From positions 18,717 to 82,716 of the forward strand of contig CAJJQF010000002.1 of the NCBI GenBank assembly GCA_905193815.1: 64,000 bases of DNA, in the 5' to 3' direction. The notes under the pieces are model-generated. The model was not told where the DNA came from and did no database searches. It worked only from the letters and a program-made list of their open reading frames with translations. A program made the position numbers and the translations under genes. Below, piece by piece: positions 29,884 to 42,267 of this stretch. Origin of the DNA: an uncultured Collinsella sp. (GTDB lineage Bacteria; Actinomycetota; Coriobacteriia; Coriobacteriales; Coriobacteriaceae). How positions within the stretch are numbered: the stretch's first letter is position 1; every line of letters starts with the position of its first letter.

Positions 29884-29994
29884 GTGCAATTCCTTACTCT
29901 TCTAGAGGTGCCGTACCACTCTGGCCGGCACGTAGTTGAACAAACGTATTCGAGTATACACGCGCGGGTTTCTGCTGCAAGAACAATTTTTTAC

Positions 29995-30053
29995 GCAGAC
30001 AAAAAGACAAAACCCGCACATGATAACCGCCCGTCTCACGAATGAGACGGGCG
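29995..30053 (-). terminator. probable terminator of ppdK
   Basis: CCGCCCGTCTCA-loop-TGAGACGGGCGG hairpin, then U-rich tract (GGGTTTTGTCTTTTT) a few nt downstream on minus strand. Confidence 0.45.
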
Positions 30054-30093
30054 GCATGAAGGGGGGCCACACTAGGCGTCTAAACCCAAAAAG

Positions 30094-32844
<2,751 letters not shown>

Positions 32845-32966
32845 GATACTTCCCCTTCCATGCACTTTCGCGCACGACCGTGGTGACGAATCGACCCGCC
32901 GGATGCGAGCCGTGAGGGTACTATACGGCGGGCATTGAGCGGGCTTGCGCAGAGGGCGCGAGGGTT

Positions 32967-33004
32967 GGTAAACGTGGTAAATATGGCGGTAAACGGTAGG
33001 TAAA
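32967..33004. repeat. four direct GGTAAA repeats spaced 9-12 bp (TTTACC on the ppdK strand), -45 to -85 relative to a putative ppdK -10 (TATAGT ~32925-32920)
   Basis: seen in sequence: ttGGTAAAcgtGGTAAAtatggcGGTAAAcggtagGTAAAgg; AT-rich island in a 65% GC genome. Confidence 0.45.
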
Positions 33005-33029
33005 GGTGGTTACCTTATGAAGATACCAA

Positions 33030-33044
33030 TGCAAGAAGCTTGCA
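33030..33044. promoter_or_regulatory. 15-bp perfect palindrome TGCAAGAAGCTTGCA in the ppdK/PDRP intergenic region
   Basis: seen in sequence; candidate operator. Confidence 0.35.
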
Positions 33045-33141
33045 GGTCAAATGCCAGTTTCTTGCTAAATCGCTTTACCATTATCGTGCATTATTTTTAG
33101 TTACTTATTTTAGGCGGGGCATTTTTAGCTACCCCAATAAG

Positions 33142-34017
33142 CTAGCTTTGTTGGACTCGACGGGCGGCTCGGCGGGCACGGGCTTCTTGGATTTCCTCCA
33201 AGTGGCTGATGATCTCGGCAGCGCTTTCCTCGATGGCCTTGCCGTCGGTACGTACCACAAAGCAGCCTAGGCGCTTCATGAGCGCACGGGCTTCCTCGAG
33301 CTCGCTGTGCACGCTCTCGGGCTCGGCATAGGAGCCGGCAACGGCACGAGCGTAGTCATCGCCCAAGCGGCTATCGCGAATTTCGGAAATCACATCGACG
33401 GTCGAAATCAGGCCGAACAGGCGCATCGGGTCAACCTCGTAAATCGACTTCGGCGGCTCCATGCCATGGGCCAACGGAACATTGGCAACCTTGTAACCTT
33501 GATAGGCCAGATACATCGACAGCGGCGTCTTGGACGTGCGCGATACGCCCAGCAGCACGATATCGGCACCTGACAGATCGTCGCAACCGCGCCCATCATC
33601 GTGCTCAACAAAATACTCCATGGCCTCGATGCGATGGAAGTAGCGGTCATCGGTCTTGTGAATCACGCCCGCGACGCCCTTGGGCGGCACACCGATAAGC
33701 GACGATAGCACGGCGAGCGTCGGGCCAATCAGGTCGACTGAACGAATATGCAGCATGCCCAGGTAATCGAGCACACGGGCGCGAAGCGCCGGATCGACAA
33801 TGGTGTGAAACACGGCAATATCGCGATGGTCGGCATCGACGCGCGGCCCCACAAATGACTTGACCTGCTCCACGGAAGTCACCTTGGGCAGACGTAAAAC
33901 GCGAAAAGCCCCTTCATCAAATTGCCCGGACGCCGCAAGCACCACCTCACAAGCGGTATCGCCGAGCGAGTCGGAGATAACGATAACGGTGGGACGAGCG
34001 GTGACCGGGCAATCCAT
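33142..34017 (-). CDS. pyruvate, phosphate dikinase regulatory protein (PDRP; DUF299 kinase/pyrophosphorylase)
   Basis: P-loop-like GVSRTSKTP, 291 aa; adjacent to ppdK as usual. Confidence 0.85.
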   Translation of the reverse strand: MDCPVTARPTVIVISDSLGDTACEVVLAASGQFDEGAFRVLRLPKVTSVEQVKSFVGPRVDADHRDIAVFHTIVDPALRARVLDYLGMLHIRSVDLIGPTLAVLSSLIGVPPKGVAGVIHKTDDRYFHRIEAMEYFVEHDDGRGCDDLSGADIVLLGVSRTSKTPLSMYLAYQGYKVANVPLAHGMEPPKSIYEVDPMRLFGLISTVDVISEIRDSRLGDDYARAVAGSYAEPESVHSELEEARALMKRLGCFVVRTDGKAIEESAAEIISHLEEIQEARARRAARRVQQS

Positions 34018-34051
34018 GCGGGGCTCCTTTTGCGCTTACGCGCAGGCTAGC

Positions 34052-36148
34052 TTACTTTTTGCGGGCAAGCTCACCGATGTTGGCGATGCCGGAGAAAACG
34101 GCCTCGAAGCGGTTGAGCAACTTAAGGCGATTATCGCGGAGCTGCTCGTCCTTGTCCATGACCATAACCTCGTCGAAGAAACGGTCGATGGGGGCACGCA
34201 GGGCGGCAAGGGCGGTAAATGCGGCCGGGTAATCCTCGGCAGCAAGGGCGGCATCGACAGCGGTCTGAGCGGCCTCGGAGGCATCGGCAAGCGCGAGCTC
34301 GGCCTCGCCCATCAAGCTGCGGTCGTACTCCGCGCCCAGCTCGGGCTTGGAGATGTGCGCGGCACGGGCATAAGCGGTCGCAAGGTTGTCGAACGTCTCG
34401 GCGTCGTTCTTGCGGGCCTCGTCGAGGGCGGCGCAGCGGGCGAAGAAGACGGACGGAGCGATGATGTGCACCGCGGAGACGGCGGCAACGGTATCGGCCG
34501 GGATCTTTTCGTCGCGGGCCATGCTCACCAGGCGGCCATGGAAGAAGTCACGAACCTGCTGGGCGACCTCGGCGGCGTCGAACTCAATGCCCTGCTCGCT
34601 ATAGAGCTCGAGGGCGAAGTCGATGAGCGATGTGGGGTCGATCGGCAGACGGTCGCGCAGGATGTTGATGATGCCGATAGCGGCACGACGCAGCGCGTAG
34701 GGGTCCGAAGAGCCGGTCGGGGGCTCGCCGATGGCAAAGATACCGGCGATGGTATCGAGCTTGTCGGCGCAGGCCACGATGCAGCCAGCGGTGCCCTCGG
34801 GCAGCTCGTCACCGGCAAAGCGGGGACGATAATGATCGCGAATGGCGTGGGCAACCTCGTCGTTCTCCCCCATCGCGGTGGCGTAGTAACCGCCCATCAC
34901 GCCCTGCTGGCTCGTGAACTCGACGACGGCGTTGGATACCAAGTCGGCCTTGCACAGGTGCGCGGCGCGAGCGGCATCGGCGGCCAGGTGGGCGCCCAGA
35001 TGGGCCTCGCGAGCGATGGCAAGCGCGAGTTGCTCAATGCGCTCGGACTTGGCGAGCACGCTACCGAGCTTCTCCTGGAAGGCAACCTTGGCCAGACGCT
35101 CACGGAACTCGTCGAGGGAGATCTTCAGGTCCTCCTCGTAGAAGAACTTTGCGTCGTCCAGACGGGCGCGCACGACGCGCTCGTTGCCGTCGATCACGCG
35201 CTCGGCGTTCTCGGGCTTGCTGTTGGAGACGACCACGAACTCACGCGTGAGCTTGCCGTCGCCGTCATAGATCGGGAAGTAGCGCTGGTTGGTGAGCATG
35301 GACTCGCAGATGATCTCGTGCGGGACCTTGAGGAACTCCTCATCGAAGGTACCGACGAGCACCGTCGGCCACTCGCAGAGGTTAATGACCTCCTCGAAGA
35401 CCTTCTTGGGCGTGTCGACATGACAGCCGGGGCGAGCGGCCTCGACCTCGGCGATGCCGGCAAGGATGGCCTCGCGACGACGCTCGGCAGAAAGCACGCC
35501 GGCGTCCTCGAGCACCTGCTCGTAAACAGCGGGGCTGGCAACAACATGGTCGCCAGGGCCAAGTACGCGATGACCGCGCGTGGTGTTGCCGCTCGTCACG
35601 TCGGCAAACGACACGGGCACAACATCCTCGCCCAAAAGGCAGCAGATCCAGCGGACCGGACGAACAAAGGTCGCATGCTCGTGACCCCAGCGCTGGCTGC
35701 GGTAGTTGGGCCACTGCAGGCCGGCGATGGTCTTCTCGCACAGAGCGGTCAGAATCGGCGTAGCCGGTGCGGAGGGAATGTTCTTCTCGGCAAACACATA
35801 CTCGCGACCGTCGGTGTCCTCGCGACGGACCAGATCCTCGGCAGCCACACCGCACTTGCGGGCGAAGCCCTGGGCGGCCTTGGTGGCGTTACCGTCGGCA
35901 TCGAAGGCGATGTTGACCGCGGGGCCGCGCTTGACCTCGTGAACCTCGTCGGTCGCGGTGGCGACGTCGGCAACGAGCGCAGCCAGACGACGCGGGCTCG
36001 AGATCACGCGGACCTCGCCGTGGGCCAGACCGGCCTCGTCGAGACCCTTGGCGATCATGGTGCCAAGCTGCTTGACGGCATTGTTCAGCGGTGCGGAGGG
36101 CATTTCTTCCGTACCGATCTCAAACAGGAAATCCTTAGCGTCTGCCAT
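34052..36148 (-). CDS. glyS: glycine--tRNA ligase beta subunit
   Basis: 698 aa, tetrameric-type GlyRS beta; directly follows glyQ. Confidence 0.9.
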   Translation of the reverse strand: MADAKDFLFEIGTEEMPSAPLNNAVKQLGTMIAKGLDEAGLAHGEVRVISSPRRLAALVADVATATDEVHEVKRGPAVNIAFDADGNATKAAQGFARKCGVAAEDLVRREDTDGREYVFAEKNIPSAPATPILTALCEKTIAGLQWPNYRSQRWGHEHATFVRPVRWICCLLGEDVVPVSFADVTSGNTTRGHRVLGPGDHVVASPAVYEQVLEDAGVLSAERRREAILAGIAEVEAARPGCHVDTPKKVFEEVINLCEWPTVLVGTFDEEFLKVPHEIICESMLTNQRYFPIYDGDGKLTREFVVVSNSKPENAERVIDGNERVVRARLDDAKFFYEEDLKISLDEFRERLAKVAFQEKLGSVLAKSERIEQLALAIAREAHLGAHLAADAARAAHLCKADLVSNAVVEFTSQQGVMGGYYATAMGENDEVAHAIRDHYRPRFAGDELPEGTAGCIVACADKLDTIAGIFAIGEPPTGSSDPYALRRAAIGIINILRDRLPIDPTSLIDFALELYSEQGIEFDAAEVAQQVRDFFHGRLVSMARDEKIPADTVAAVSAVHIIAPSVFFARCAALDEARKNDAETFDNLATAYARAAHISKPELGAEYDRSLMGEAELALADASEAAQTAVDAALAAEDYPAAFTALAALRAPIDRFFDEVMVMDKDEQLRDNRLKLLNRFEAVFSGIANIGELARKK

Positions 36149-36151
36149 GGC

Positions 36152-37063
36152 TTACGCCACCTCGCCTTCCTGATCGGCATTCTCGTTGACTCCGGCGACC
36201 TCGGCCATGTAGGCCTCGCAGCACGCCTTGGCGACGGCGCGGACGCGCAGGATGTAGTTGGCACGCTCGACCGCGGACAGAGCGCCGCGAGCATCGAGCA
36301 GGTTGAAAGCGTGGCTGCACTTCATGACGCAGTCATATGCCGGCAGCGGCAGCTTGCGCTCCAGGCAGGAATGGCACTCGGCCTCGTAGTCGTCAAACTT
36401 CTGACGCATCATCTCGACGTTGGCGACCTCAAAGTTATAGGCACTGAACTCGCGCTCGTTCTCGAGGAACACGTCGCCATAGGTCATGGGCGTGCCGTCG
36501 GGCAGGTAGCTCCACACCAGGTCGTAGACCGAGTTAACGCCCTGGGCGTACATGGCGATACGCTCCAGGCCGTAGGTGATCTCGACAGGCACGGGGTCGA
36601 CCTCGATGCCGCCCACCTGCTGGAAGTACGTAAACTGCGTGACCTCCATGCCGTTGAGCCAGACCTCCCAGCCAAGACCCCAGGCGCCGAGCGTCGGGCT
36701 CTCCCAGTCGTCCTCGACAAAGCGGACGTCATGGTCGTTGGGGTCCAGGCCAATGGCGGCCAGCGAACCCAGGTAGAGCTCCTGGGCGTTGACCGGCGAG
36801 GGCTTGATGAGCACCTGGAACTGATAGTAGTGCTGCATGCGGTTGGGGTTCTCGCCGTAGCGGCCGTCGGCGGGACGGCGGCAAGGCTGCGCATAGCAGG
36901 TGCGCCACTCGGCGGGACCGAGCGAGCGCAGCGTGGTCGCGGTATGGAAGGTACCGGCACCGACCTCGGAGTCATAGGGCTGCATAATGACGCAGCCCTG
37001 CTCGCCCCAGTACTGCTGGAGGCGCAGGATGATGTCTTGGAAGGAAAGCGATGAAGCGTTCAT
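36152..37063 (-). CDS. glyQ: glycine--tRNA ligase alpha subunit
   Basis: [31 protein letters not shown]... near-identical to the bacterial GlyQ N-terminus. Confidence 0.92.
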   Translation of the reverse strand: MNASSLSFQDIILRLQQYWGEQGCVIMQPYDSEVGAGTFHTATTLRSLGPAEWRTCYAQPCRRPADGRYGENPNRMQHYYQFQVLIKPSPVNAQELYLGSLAAIGLDPNDHDVRFVEDDWESPTLGAWGLGWEVWLNGMEVTQFTYFQQVGGIEVDPVPVEITYGLERIAMYAQGVNSVYDLVWSYLPDGTPMTYGDVFLENEREFSAYNFEVANVEMMRQKFDDYEAECHSCLERKLPLPAYDCVMKCSHAFNLLDARGALSAVERANYILRVRAVAKACCEAYMAEVAGVNENADQEGEVA

Positions 37064-37122
37064 GCCTCTAATATCCCCTCGTCGAAACGATTACACGGTT
37101 AGGTACTGTACTATAGCGGTTT

Positions 37123-37692
37123 TTAGTCGATAGCGCCGATGCGGTTGAGCGGCCAGTAGCGCACAAGCGCCACAGCGATCAAATCAGAGCGATCGACGGG
37201 ACCAAAGTAGCGTGAGTCGGCAGAGTTTTCGCGGTTGTCGCCCATCACCCACACGCACCCGTCGGGAACGGTGTAGGGATAGCCTACCCGAGCGCCGGGC
37301 GCTTGGGCCGATAGTGGCCAGCTCATGCCCGTCGTATAGTCCTCGTCGAGCGCTTGGCCGTCAACGACCACCTTGCCATCCTGCAGGTCGACCGTCTGGC
37401 CGGCCGTGGCAATAACGCGCTTGACAAGAACATCATGCTCGGAGGTGCCATCGGGGTTGTGAAACACCACGATATCGCCCTGCTTGACGGGCTGACCGAG
37501 CTCGAGGCTCACCTTTTGTGCCAGGATCTGGTCGCCAATCTCGATCGTGGACTCCATGGAGCCGGTGGGCACCACAAAGGGCTCGACCACAAACGAGCGA
37601 ATCAAGAAGGTGGCGACCAATGCAATCGCGATGACCGCGATCCACTCAAAAGCGCCCCTCAACGCGGAATGCTGCGATGGAACCATTCTCAC
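37123..37692 (-). CDS. lepB: signal peptidase I
   Basis: S26 motifs GSMESTI (Ser) and KRV (Lys), GDNRENSADSR box E. Confidence 0.85.
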   Translation of the reverse strand: MRMVPSQHSALRGAFEWIAVIAIALVATFLIRSFVVEPFVVPTGSMESTIEIGDQILAQKVSLELGQPVKQGDIVVFHNPDGTSEHDVLVKRVIATAGQTVDLQDGKVVVDGQALDEDYTTGMSWPLSAQAPGARVGYPYTVPDGCVWVMGDNRENSADSRYFGPVDRSDLIAVALVRYWPLNRIGAID

Positions 37693-38447
37693 TCCTCGCT
37701 CTGCGAATACGAAGCGTCCAAAATCTCCTGCGCGTACGCACGCTCCTCGGGCGTGAGCCGCGCCGTCTCGATCAGATCGGGACGCCAGCGGCAGGTGCGC
37801 TCGATGGCGTTCTTGCGACGCCAGGCATCGACCTTGGCGTGATCGCCGCTCACAAGCACCGGCGGCACGCCCTCGCCGTTGAACTCGGCGGGGCGGGTGT
37901 ACTGCGCGTACTCGAGCAGGCCTCCGTCCTCGGCGGTCGAGAACGACTCGTCGACGTTGCTCATCTCGTCGCCCAGGGCGCCGGGAATCAGGCGTACGAC
38001 GGCATCGGTAACGACCATAGCGGGAAGTTCGCCGCCCGTGAGCACATAGTCGCCGATCGACAGACGCTCATCGGCATACGCATACGCGCGCTCGTCGACG
38101 CCCTCGTAGCGACTGCACACAAACAGCAGGCGCTCACTTTTGAGCAGGCGCTCGGCCACATGCTGCGTAAAAGGCTCGCCACAGGGGGTAAAGAACACCA
38201 CAGTGGGCTTGGGACCCTCTGCGCTAATGGCCTCGATGGCCTCTGCGATAGGCCCGACCTTCATGAGCATGCCCTGCCCGCCGCCGTACGGCTCGTCATC
38301 GACGGTACGATGGCGGTCGTGCGTCCAGTCGCGCAGGTTATACGCCTTAAAATCAAAAAGGCCGGCCTTGCGGGCGCGGCCCAAAATCGACGTGGACATG
38401 ACGGGCTCAAACATCTCGGGAAAGACCGAAAGGGTCTCGATCAGCAT
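37689..38447 (-). CDS. trmD: tRNA (guanine37-N1)-methyltransferase
   Basis: SPOUT/TrmD motifs, 252 aa; rimM-trmD adjacency. Confidence 0.9.
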   Translation of the reverse strand: MLIETLSVFPEMFEPVMSTSILGRARKAGLFDFKAYNLRDWTHDRHRTVDDEPYGGGQGMLMKVGPIAEAIEAISAEGPKPTVVFFTPCGEPFTQHVAERLLKSERLLFVCSRYEGVDERAYAYADERLSIGDYVLTGGELPAMVVTDAVVRLIPGALGDEMSNVDESFSTAEDGGLLEYAQYTRPAEFNGEGVPPVLVSGDHAKVDAWRRKNAIERTCRWRPDLIETARLTPEERAYAQEILDASYSQSEE

Positions 38448-38457
38448 GTTGTCCTCC

Positions 38458-38979
38458 CTACTTGTCCATATCGATAAGGCCGTCCATCACGTGGACGGAA
38501 ATTGTTCCTGCATCGGGAAGATCGAGCACAACCTGCTCGATCACGGGAATCAGCACCTCGCCGTACCGATCGCCCTCGACAACCCAAACATCGTTAGCAG
38601 GCGTCGACATGATCTCGACGATCGTGCCGAGTAAACCGAAGCGCTCGTCGACCACCTCGCGACCCATCAGGTCGGTATAGGCAGCGTCGAGCGAATCGAG
38701 CTCAAAGTCGTCACGATTTGCCAGCACGTAGCATCCCGTGATGCCCTCGGCGGCCGTCAAGTCGTCAATGCCCTCAAACGAGACCAGATCGCCATCGCCC
38801 GTATCGGTGACGGACACGACCGTGCAAAAGCGGTCGCGCTTGAGCGCTGGCGGCGTCAGGGCGACGCGCATACCCGGCTCTAATACAGAAGGAAGCCCCC
38901 GCAGCGGCTGCGCGAGGACCTCCCCCTTCCTTCCGTGCGGCTTGACCACACGGGCGATGTTTTTGTACTGGGACCTCAA
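38458..38979 (-). CDS. rimM: 16S rRNA processing protein RimM
   Basis: RimM N-terminal beta-barrel plus PRC-barrel; rpsP-KH-rimM-trmD order. Confidence 0.85.
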   Translation of the reverse strand: MRSQYKNIARVVKPHGRKGEVLAQPLRGLPSVLEPGMRVALTPPALKRDRFCTVVSVTDTGDGDLVSFEGIDDLTAAEGITGCYVLANRDDFELDSLDAAYTDLMGREVVDERFGLLGTIVEIMSTPANDVWVVEGDRYGEVLIPVIEQVVLDLPDAGTISVHVMDGLIDMDK

Positions 38980-38983
38980 GGTC

Positions 38984-39268
38984 CTAGCCCAGAACCTCTA
39001 CCTCGACAGCAGTGTCGAGGCGAGCGGCCAGCGCACGGGCGAGCGTGCGGATGGCCTTGATGGTACGGCCACGACGGCCGATGACCTTAGCGACGTCATC
39101 CTCGGCAACCGAAACCTCAATCGTAGAAGCGTCGTCGCCATCGATGACCTCGAGGCTCACGGAATCCGGGTCGTCGACGATCTGAACAACGAGATATTCG
39201 ACGAGATCGGCGATGCGATCTGAGAGCATTGCCTCACCCTCGAGCTGTGCAGCGTCAACCTCAGGCAC
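38984..39268 (-). CDS. KH-domain RNA-binding protein (UPF0109/YlqC family)
   Basis: VIGRRGRTIKAIR KH GXXG motif; conserved between rpsP and rimM. Confidence 0.75.
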   Translation of the reverse strand: MPEVDAAQLEGEAMLSDRIADLVEYLVVQIVDDPDSVSLEVIDGDDASTIEVSVAEDDVAKVIGRRGRTIKAIRTLARALAARLDTAVEVEVLG

Positions 39269-39271
39269 GAT

Positions 39272-39613
39272 TTACTCCTCGGCGCCCTCAGCGGCCTCAG
39301 CGGCAGCCTTAGCGGCCTCGGCCTCTTTGGCGAGCTGCTTCTTGGACTTCTTGACGACGGTCTCGGTCTTCTCGCCCTCGTTGGCGGCCTTGACCAGAGC
39401 GGCAACGGCGTCGGTGAGCTGAGCGCCCTTGGACTGCCAGTCGGCGATCTTCTCGAGGTCGAGGTTGATGGTCTTGGGGGCGGTCATCGGGTTGTAGCGG
39501 CCAACCTCCTCGATGATACGACCGTCACGCGGGGCGCGGGAATCGGCGACGACGACACGGTAGTACGGACGCTTCTTAGCGCCGTGACGAGCAAGGCGAA
39601 TCTTGACTGCCAA
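39272..39613 (-). CDS. rpsP: 30S ribosomal protein S16 (with K/A/E-rich C-terminal tail)
   Basis: (M)[23 protein letters not shown]; TTG start with GGAGGAG SD (ORF-track ATG further upstream lacks an SD). Confidence 0.88.
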   Translation of the reverse strand: MAVKIRLARHGAKKRPYYRVVVADSRAPRDGRIIEEVGRYNPMTAPKTINLDLEKIADWQSKGAQLTDAVAALVKAANEGEKTETVVKKSKKQLAKEAEAAKAAAEAAEGAEE

Positions 39614-39853
39614 AGGAAACTCCTCCAACCAAGCAGCTTTAGGCTGCAACTACAAACAAACAGTTGAACATAATACGCCATCGACGCGGGCAGGTGAAGT
39701 CCGTGAGACCAACTTCTTCGGTGTAGTCGAGGGCAAATCCATATCTTAGACAAGAATTCGGGATTTGCAAGCACATACACGCACCCCACATGAGCTGCGC
39801 GGTATACTCATGATATGGAAAGACGCGAACATACATACGGTTATGAGGATGCC

Positions 39854-41068
39854 ATGGGCGTCACGCCGCCTCCCTGGGCGGGTCCGGCGGTGGGCCTGAT
39901 GGACCTCGATGCGTTTTTTGCGAGCGTGGAGATGCTCGATCATCCCGAATGGCGCGGAAAGCCACTCATCGTGGGCGGAGACGCCGATTCGCGTGGCGTC
40001 GTGTCCACGTGTTCGTATGAGGCGCGTCGCTTTGGCGTGCACTCTGCCATGGCCTCGGCCGAGGCGCGGCGCTTGTGCCCGCAAGCCATTTGGACGCACG
40101 GGCACTTTGATCGCTACCGCGAGGTGAGCGCGCAGGTCATGGCGATTCTCGCCGACGAGACGCCGCGCGTTGAGCGCGTATCCATCGACGAAGCCTTTAT
40201 CGATATCACGCCGGGTCGCTTTGCGCCCGAAGACCCGCTACTGGTTGCGCGGCGTATAAGCGACCGCGTGGCAGCGCTGGGAGTGACGTGCTCCATTGGC
40301 GTGGGCTGTAACAAGACGGTCGCAAAGATCGCAAGCGAACGGGATAAGCCGTTTGGGCTGACCATCGTGCGCCCCGGAACCGAGCAGCGCTTTTTGGCCG
40401 CGCTGCCGGTATCTGCCATGAGCGGCATCGGGCGCTCGGCCGAGGAGCGACTGCGCCGCATGCGCATCTACACCCTCGGCGAGCTGTCACGTGCACCGGA
40501 ATCCACCTTGGCCTCTATTTTTGGCGTCAACGGCGAACGCATGCGCCAGCGTGCGCTGGGACTCGAAATCTCCGAAGTCACGAGTCTCGATGAGGAGCGC
40601 GAGGTCAAGTCGGTCAGCAATGAACGCACCTTTGCGAAAGATTTGACTGAGCGTGGGGATATTGAGGCGGCGATTGCGCTGCTGGGCGAGTCAGTGGGAC
40701 GCCGTCTGCGCCGTCAGGGGCTGACGGGTGCCACGGTGACGCTCAAGCTCAAGTATTCGTATGGCAGCGGACGCACGGCGCAGCGGCGGCTTCCGCATCC
40801 GACCGACGATGAGAACATCTTCGTGGCGGTTGCACTCGAACTGCTCGACAACATCTGGCAGGAAGGAATGCACGTTCGCTTAGCAGGCATCGGCATGAGC
40901 GACTTTGACCATCGGGGCGGCATCCAGACCGACCTGTTCTGCGAGATCGATGACCGCGGAGCCCAATCCAGCGACCGCCGCGACCTCTCCGTCGCCATCG
41001 ACGCCGTCCGAGACAAATTCGGCGACACCGCCCTTTCCTTCGGCCGCCAATCCCGCTTCAACGATTAA
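39854..41068 (+). CDS. dinB: DNA polymerase IV
   Basis: LMDLDAFFASVE..., Y-family polymerase motifs; ATG at 39854 with GAGGA SD; putative -10 TATACT ~39803. Confidence 0.88.
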   Translation: MGVTPPPWAGPAVGLMDLDAFFASVEMLDHPEWRGKPLIVGGDADSRGVVSTCSYEARRFGVHSAMASAEARRLCPQAIWTHGHFDRYREVSAQVMAILADETPRVERVSIDEAFIDITPGRFAPEDPLLVARRISDRVAALGVTCSIGVGCNKTVAKIASERDKPFGLTIVRPGTEQRFLAALPVSAMSGIGRSAEERLRRMRIYTLGELSRAPESTLASIFGVNGERMRQRALGLEISEVTSLDEEREVKSVSNERTFAKDLTERGDIEAAIALLGESVGRRLRRQGLTGATVTLKLKYSYGSGRTAQRRLPHPTDDENIFVAVALELLDNIWQEGMHVRLAGIGMSDFDHRGGIQTDLFCEIDDRGAQSSDRRDLSVAIDAVRDKFGDTALSFGRQSRFND

Positions 41069-41080
41069 CCGCCTTTGGGC

Positions 41081-41123
41081 AAAAAGAAAGCCGGGCAGGT
41101 GCGGAAAACCGCAACTGCCCGGC
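41081..41123 (-). terminator. terminator of rsfS (hairpin shared with the convergent dinB)
   Basis: GCCGGGCAG...CTGCCCGGC stem with internal mini-hairpin, T-run on minus strand. Confidence 0.6.
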
Positions 41124-41163
41124 GATATGCGTGAGGGTAGCTAACCCCGTCTCAAATGAGCTA

Positions 41164-41619
41164 CTAGAGGAGGTTGAGGGGGAGCTGGGGGGCGTCTCCC
41201 CAGAGTTTCTCGAGGCGGTAGAAGTCGCGGGCTTCGGGAGTGAAGACGTGGACGACAACCGAACCGTAGTCCATGAGCATCCAGGTCTTCTGCTCGCGAC
41301 CCTCGATGGAGAACGGGTGCTCGCCGCAAGCCTCGGCGACCTTCTCCTCGATCTCGTCGACGATAGAATCGACCTGGCGGTTGTTGGTACCGGTGGCAAG
41401 CACAAAGTAGTCGCACACATCGGAAAGCTCGGTCAGGTCGAGCACCTGAACGTCCTCGCCCTTCTTGTCGTAGGCGGCCTGCGCGGCGGCGCGGGCGACA
41501 TCCTCGGCGGCGACACCGCTCGCGGACAGCGAGGCGGCAGTGCGGTCGGACGTGGCAACGAAGCTCTTGTGCTCCACGCCTTCAAGAATCTGCTCGTCGG
41601 TCATGGTCTCGTCGGCCAT
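41164..41619 (-). CDS. rsfS: ribosomal silencing factor RsfS (Iojap)
   Basis: DYF.LATG...VVHVF Iojap signature; nadD-yqeK-rsfS cluster. Confidence 0.85.
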   Translation of the reverse strand: MADETMTDEQILEGVEHKSFVATSDRTAASLSASGVAAEDVARAAAQAAYDKKGEDVQVLDLTELSDVCDYFVLATGTNNRQVDSIVDEIEEKVAEACGEHPFSIEGREQKTWMLMDYGSVVVHVFTPEARDFYRLEKLWGDAPQLPLNLL

Positions 41620-41646
41620 GGAATACCTCTTTCTAGACAGCCCGAG

Positions 41647-42255
41647 CTAGCGCAGCTGGGCGTAATGGTTGTAAATCGAAATAGCCGTGGGATAAAGATA
41701 GCGCCCGGACTGGATCACATAGACCAGACCCTGCGCAAAACAGGAGAAGAACAACTCGTCGAGCGAGGACTTCCCCACCATCTTGCGCAGCGCATGCGCA
41801 TAGTCGCCGTGGCGGTTGGGCTCGATGGCATCGGCCACAAAGACCACCATATCGAGCGGCGTCATGTCGCAAGCACCCACGGTGTGACGGTCGACAGCCT
41901 GGAAAACGGCCGGCGACAACTCGGGGAAAAGCTGCGGAAGCTCATAGGCGGCAACAGGGCCATGCAAAAGCGGCGTCGCGGCGGAAGGAGAGCCGGCAAT
42001 CTTAATGCCGTAATGCAGAGCGCGCGTGACCAGCTCGTCGTCGGAGAGCACTTTGTCCCAGTCATGGATCAGGCCGGCGGCAGCGGCATCAAAGCGGTCA
42101 ACGCCGTAGACCTCGGCCAGATGAAGTGCGGTCTCGGCAACACCCAGCGAATGCACATAGCGCTTGCGCTTATCCTTCATGCGAACATCGAGCAGCTCTT
42201 GAATGCGCTTGAGCAGCGCGCGCTCATCGCCCTCAAACTGATCCTCTACCGACAA
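41647..42255 (-). CDS. yqeK: HD-domain hydrolase YqeK (bis(5'-nucleosyl)-tetraphosphatase)
   Basis: H..G...LIHD HD motif; conserved nadD-yqeK pairing. Confidence 0.8.
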   Translation of the reverse strand: MSVEDQFEGDERALLKRIQELLDVRMKDKRKRYVHSLGVAETALHLAEVYGVDRFDAAAAGLIHDWDKVLSDDELVTRALHYGIKIAGSPSAATPLLHGPVAAYELPQLFPELSPAVFQAVDRHTVGACDMTPLDMVVFVADAIEPNRHGDYAHALRKMVGKSSLDELFFSCFAQGLVYVIQSGRYLYPTAISIYNHYAQLR

Positions 42256-42267
42256 CGTAGACCCCCA

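Noticed and set aside
37064-37122. Expected glycine T-box upstream of glyQS
   Set aside because: Only ~59 nt separate the lepB stop from the glyQ start, too short for a T-box. No AGGGUGG T-box motif is present, so glyQS is probably co-transcribed with lepB.
39639-39836. 65-aa ORF in the rpsP/dinB intergenic region
   Set aside because: It lies across two promoters, has no SD, is Cys/aromatic-rich and shows no conservation cues.
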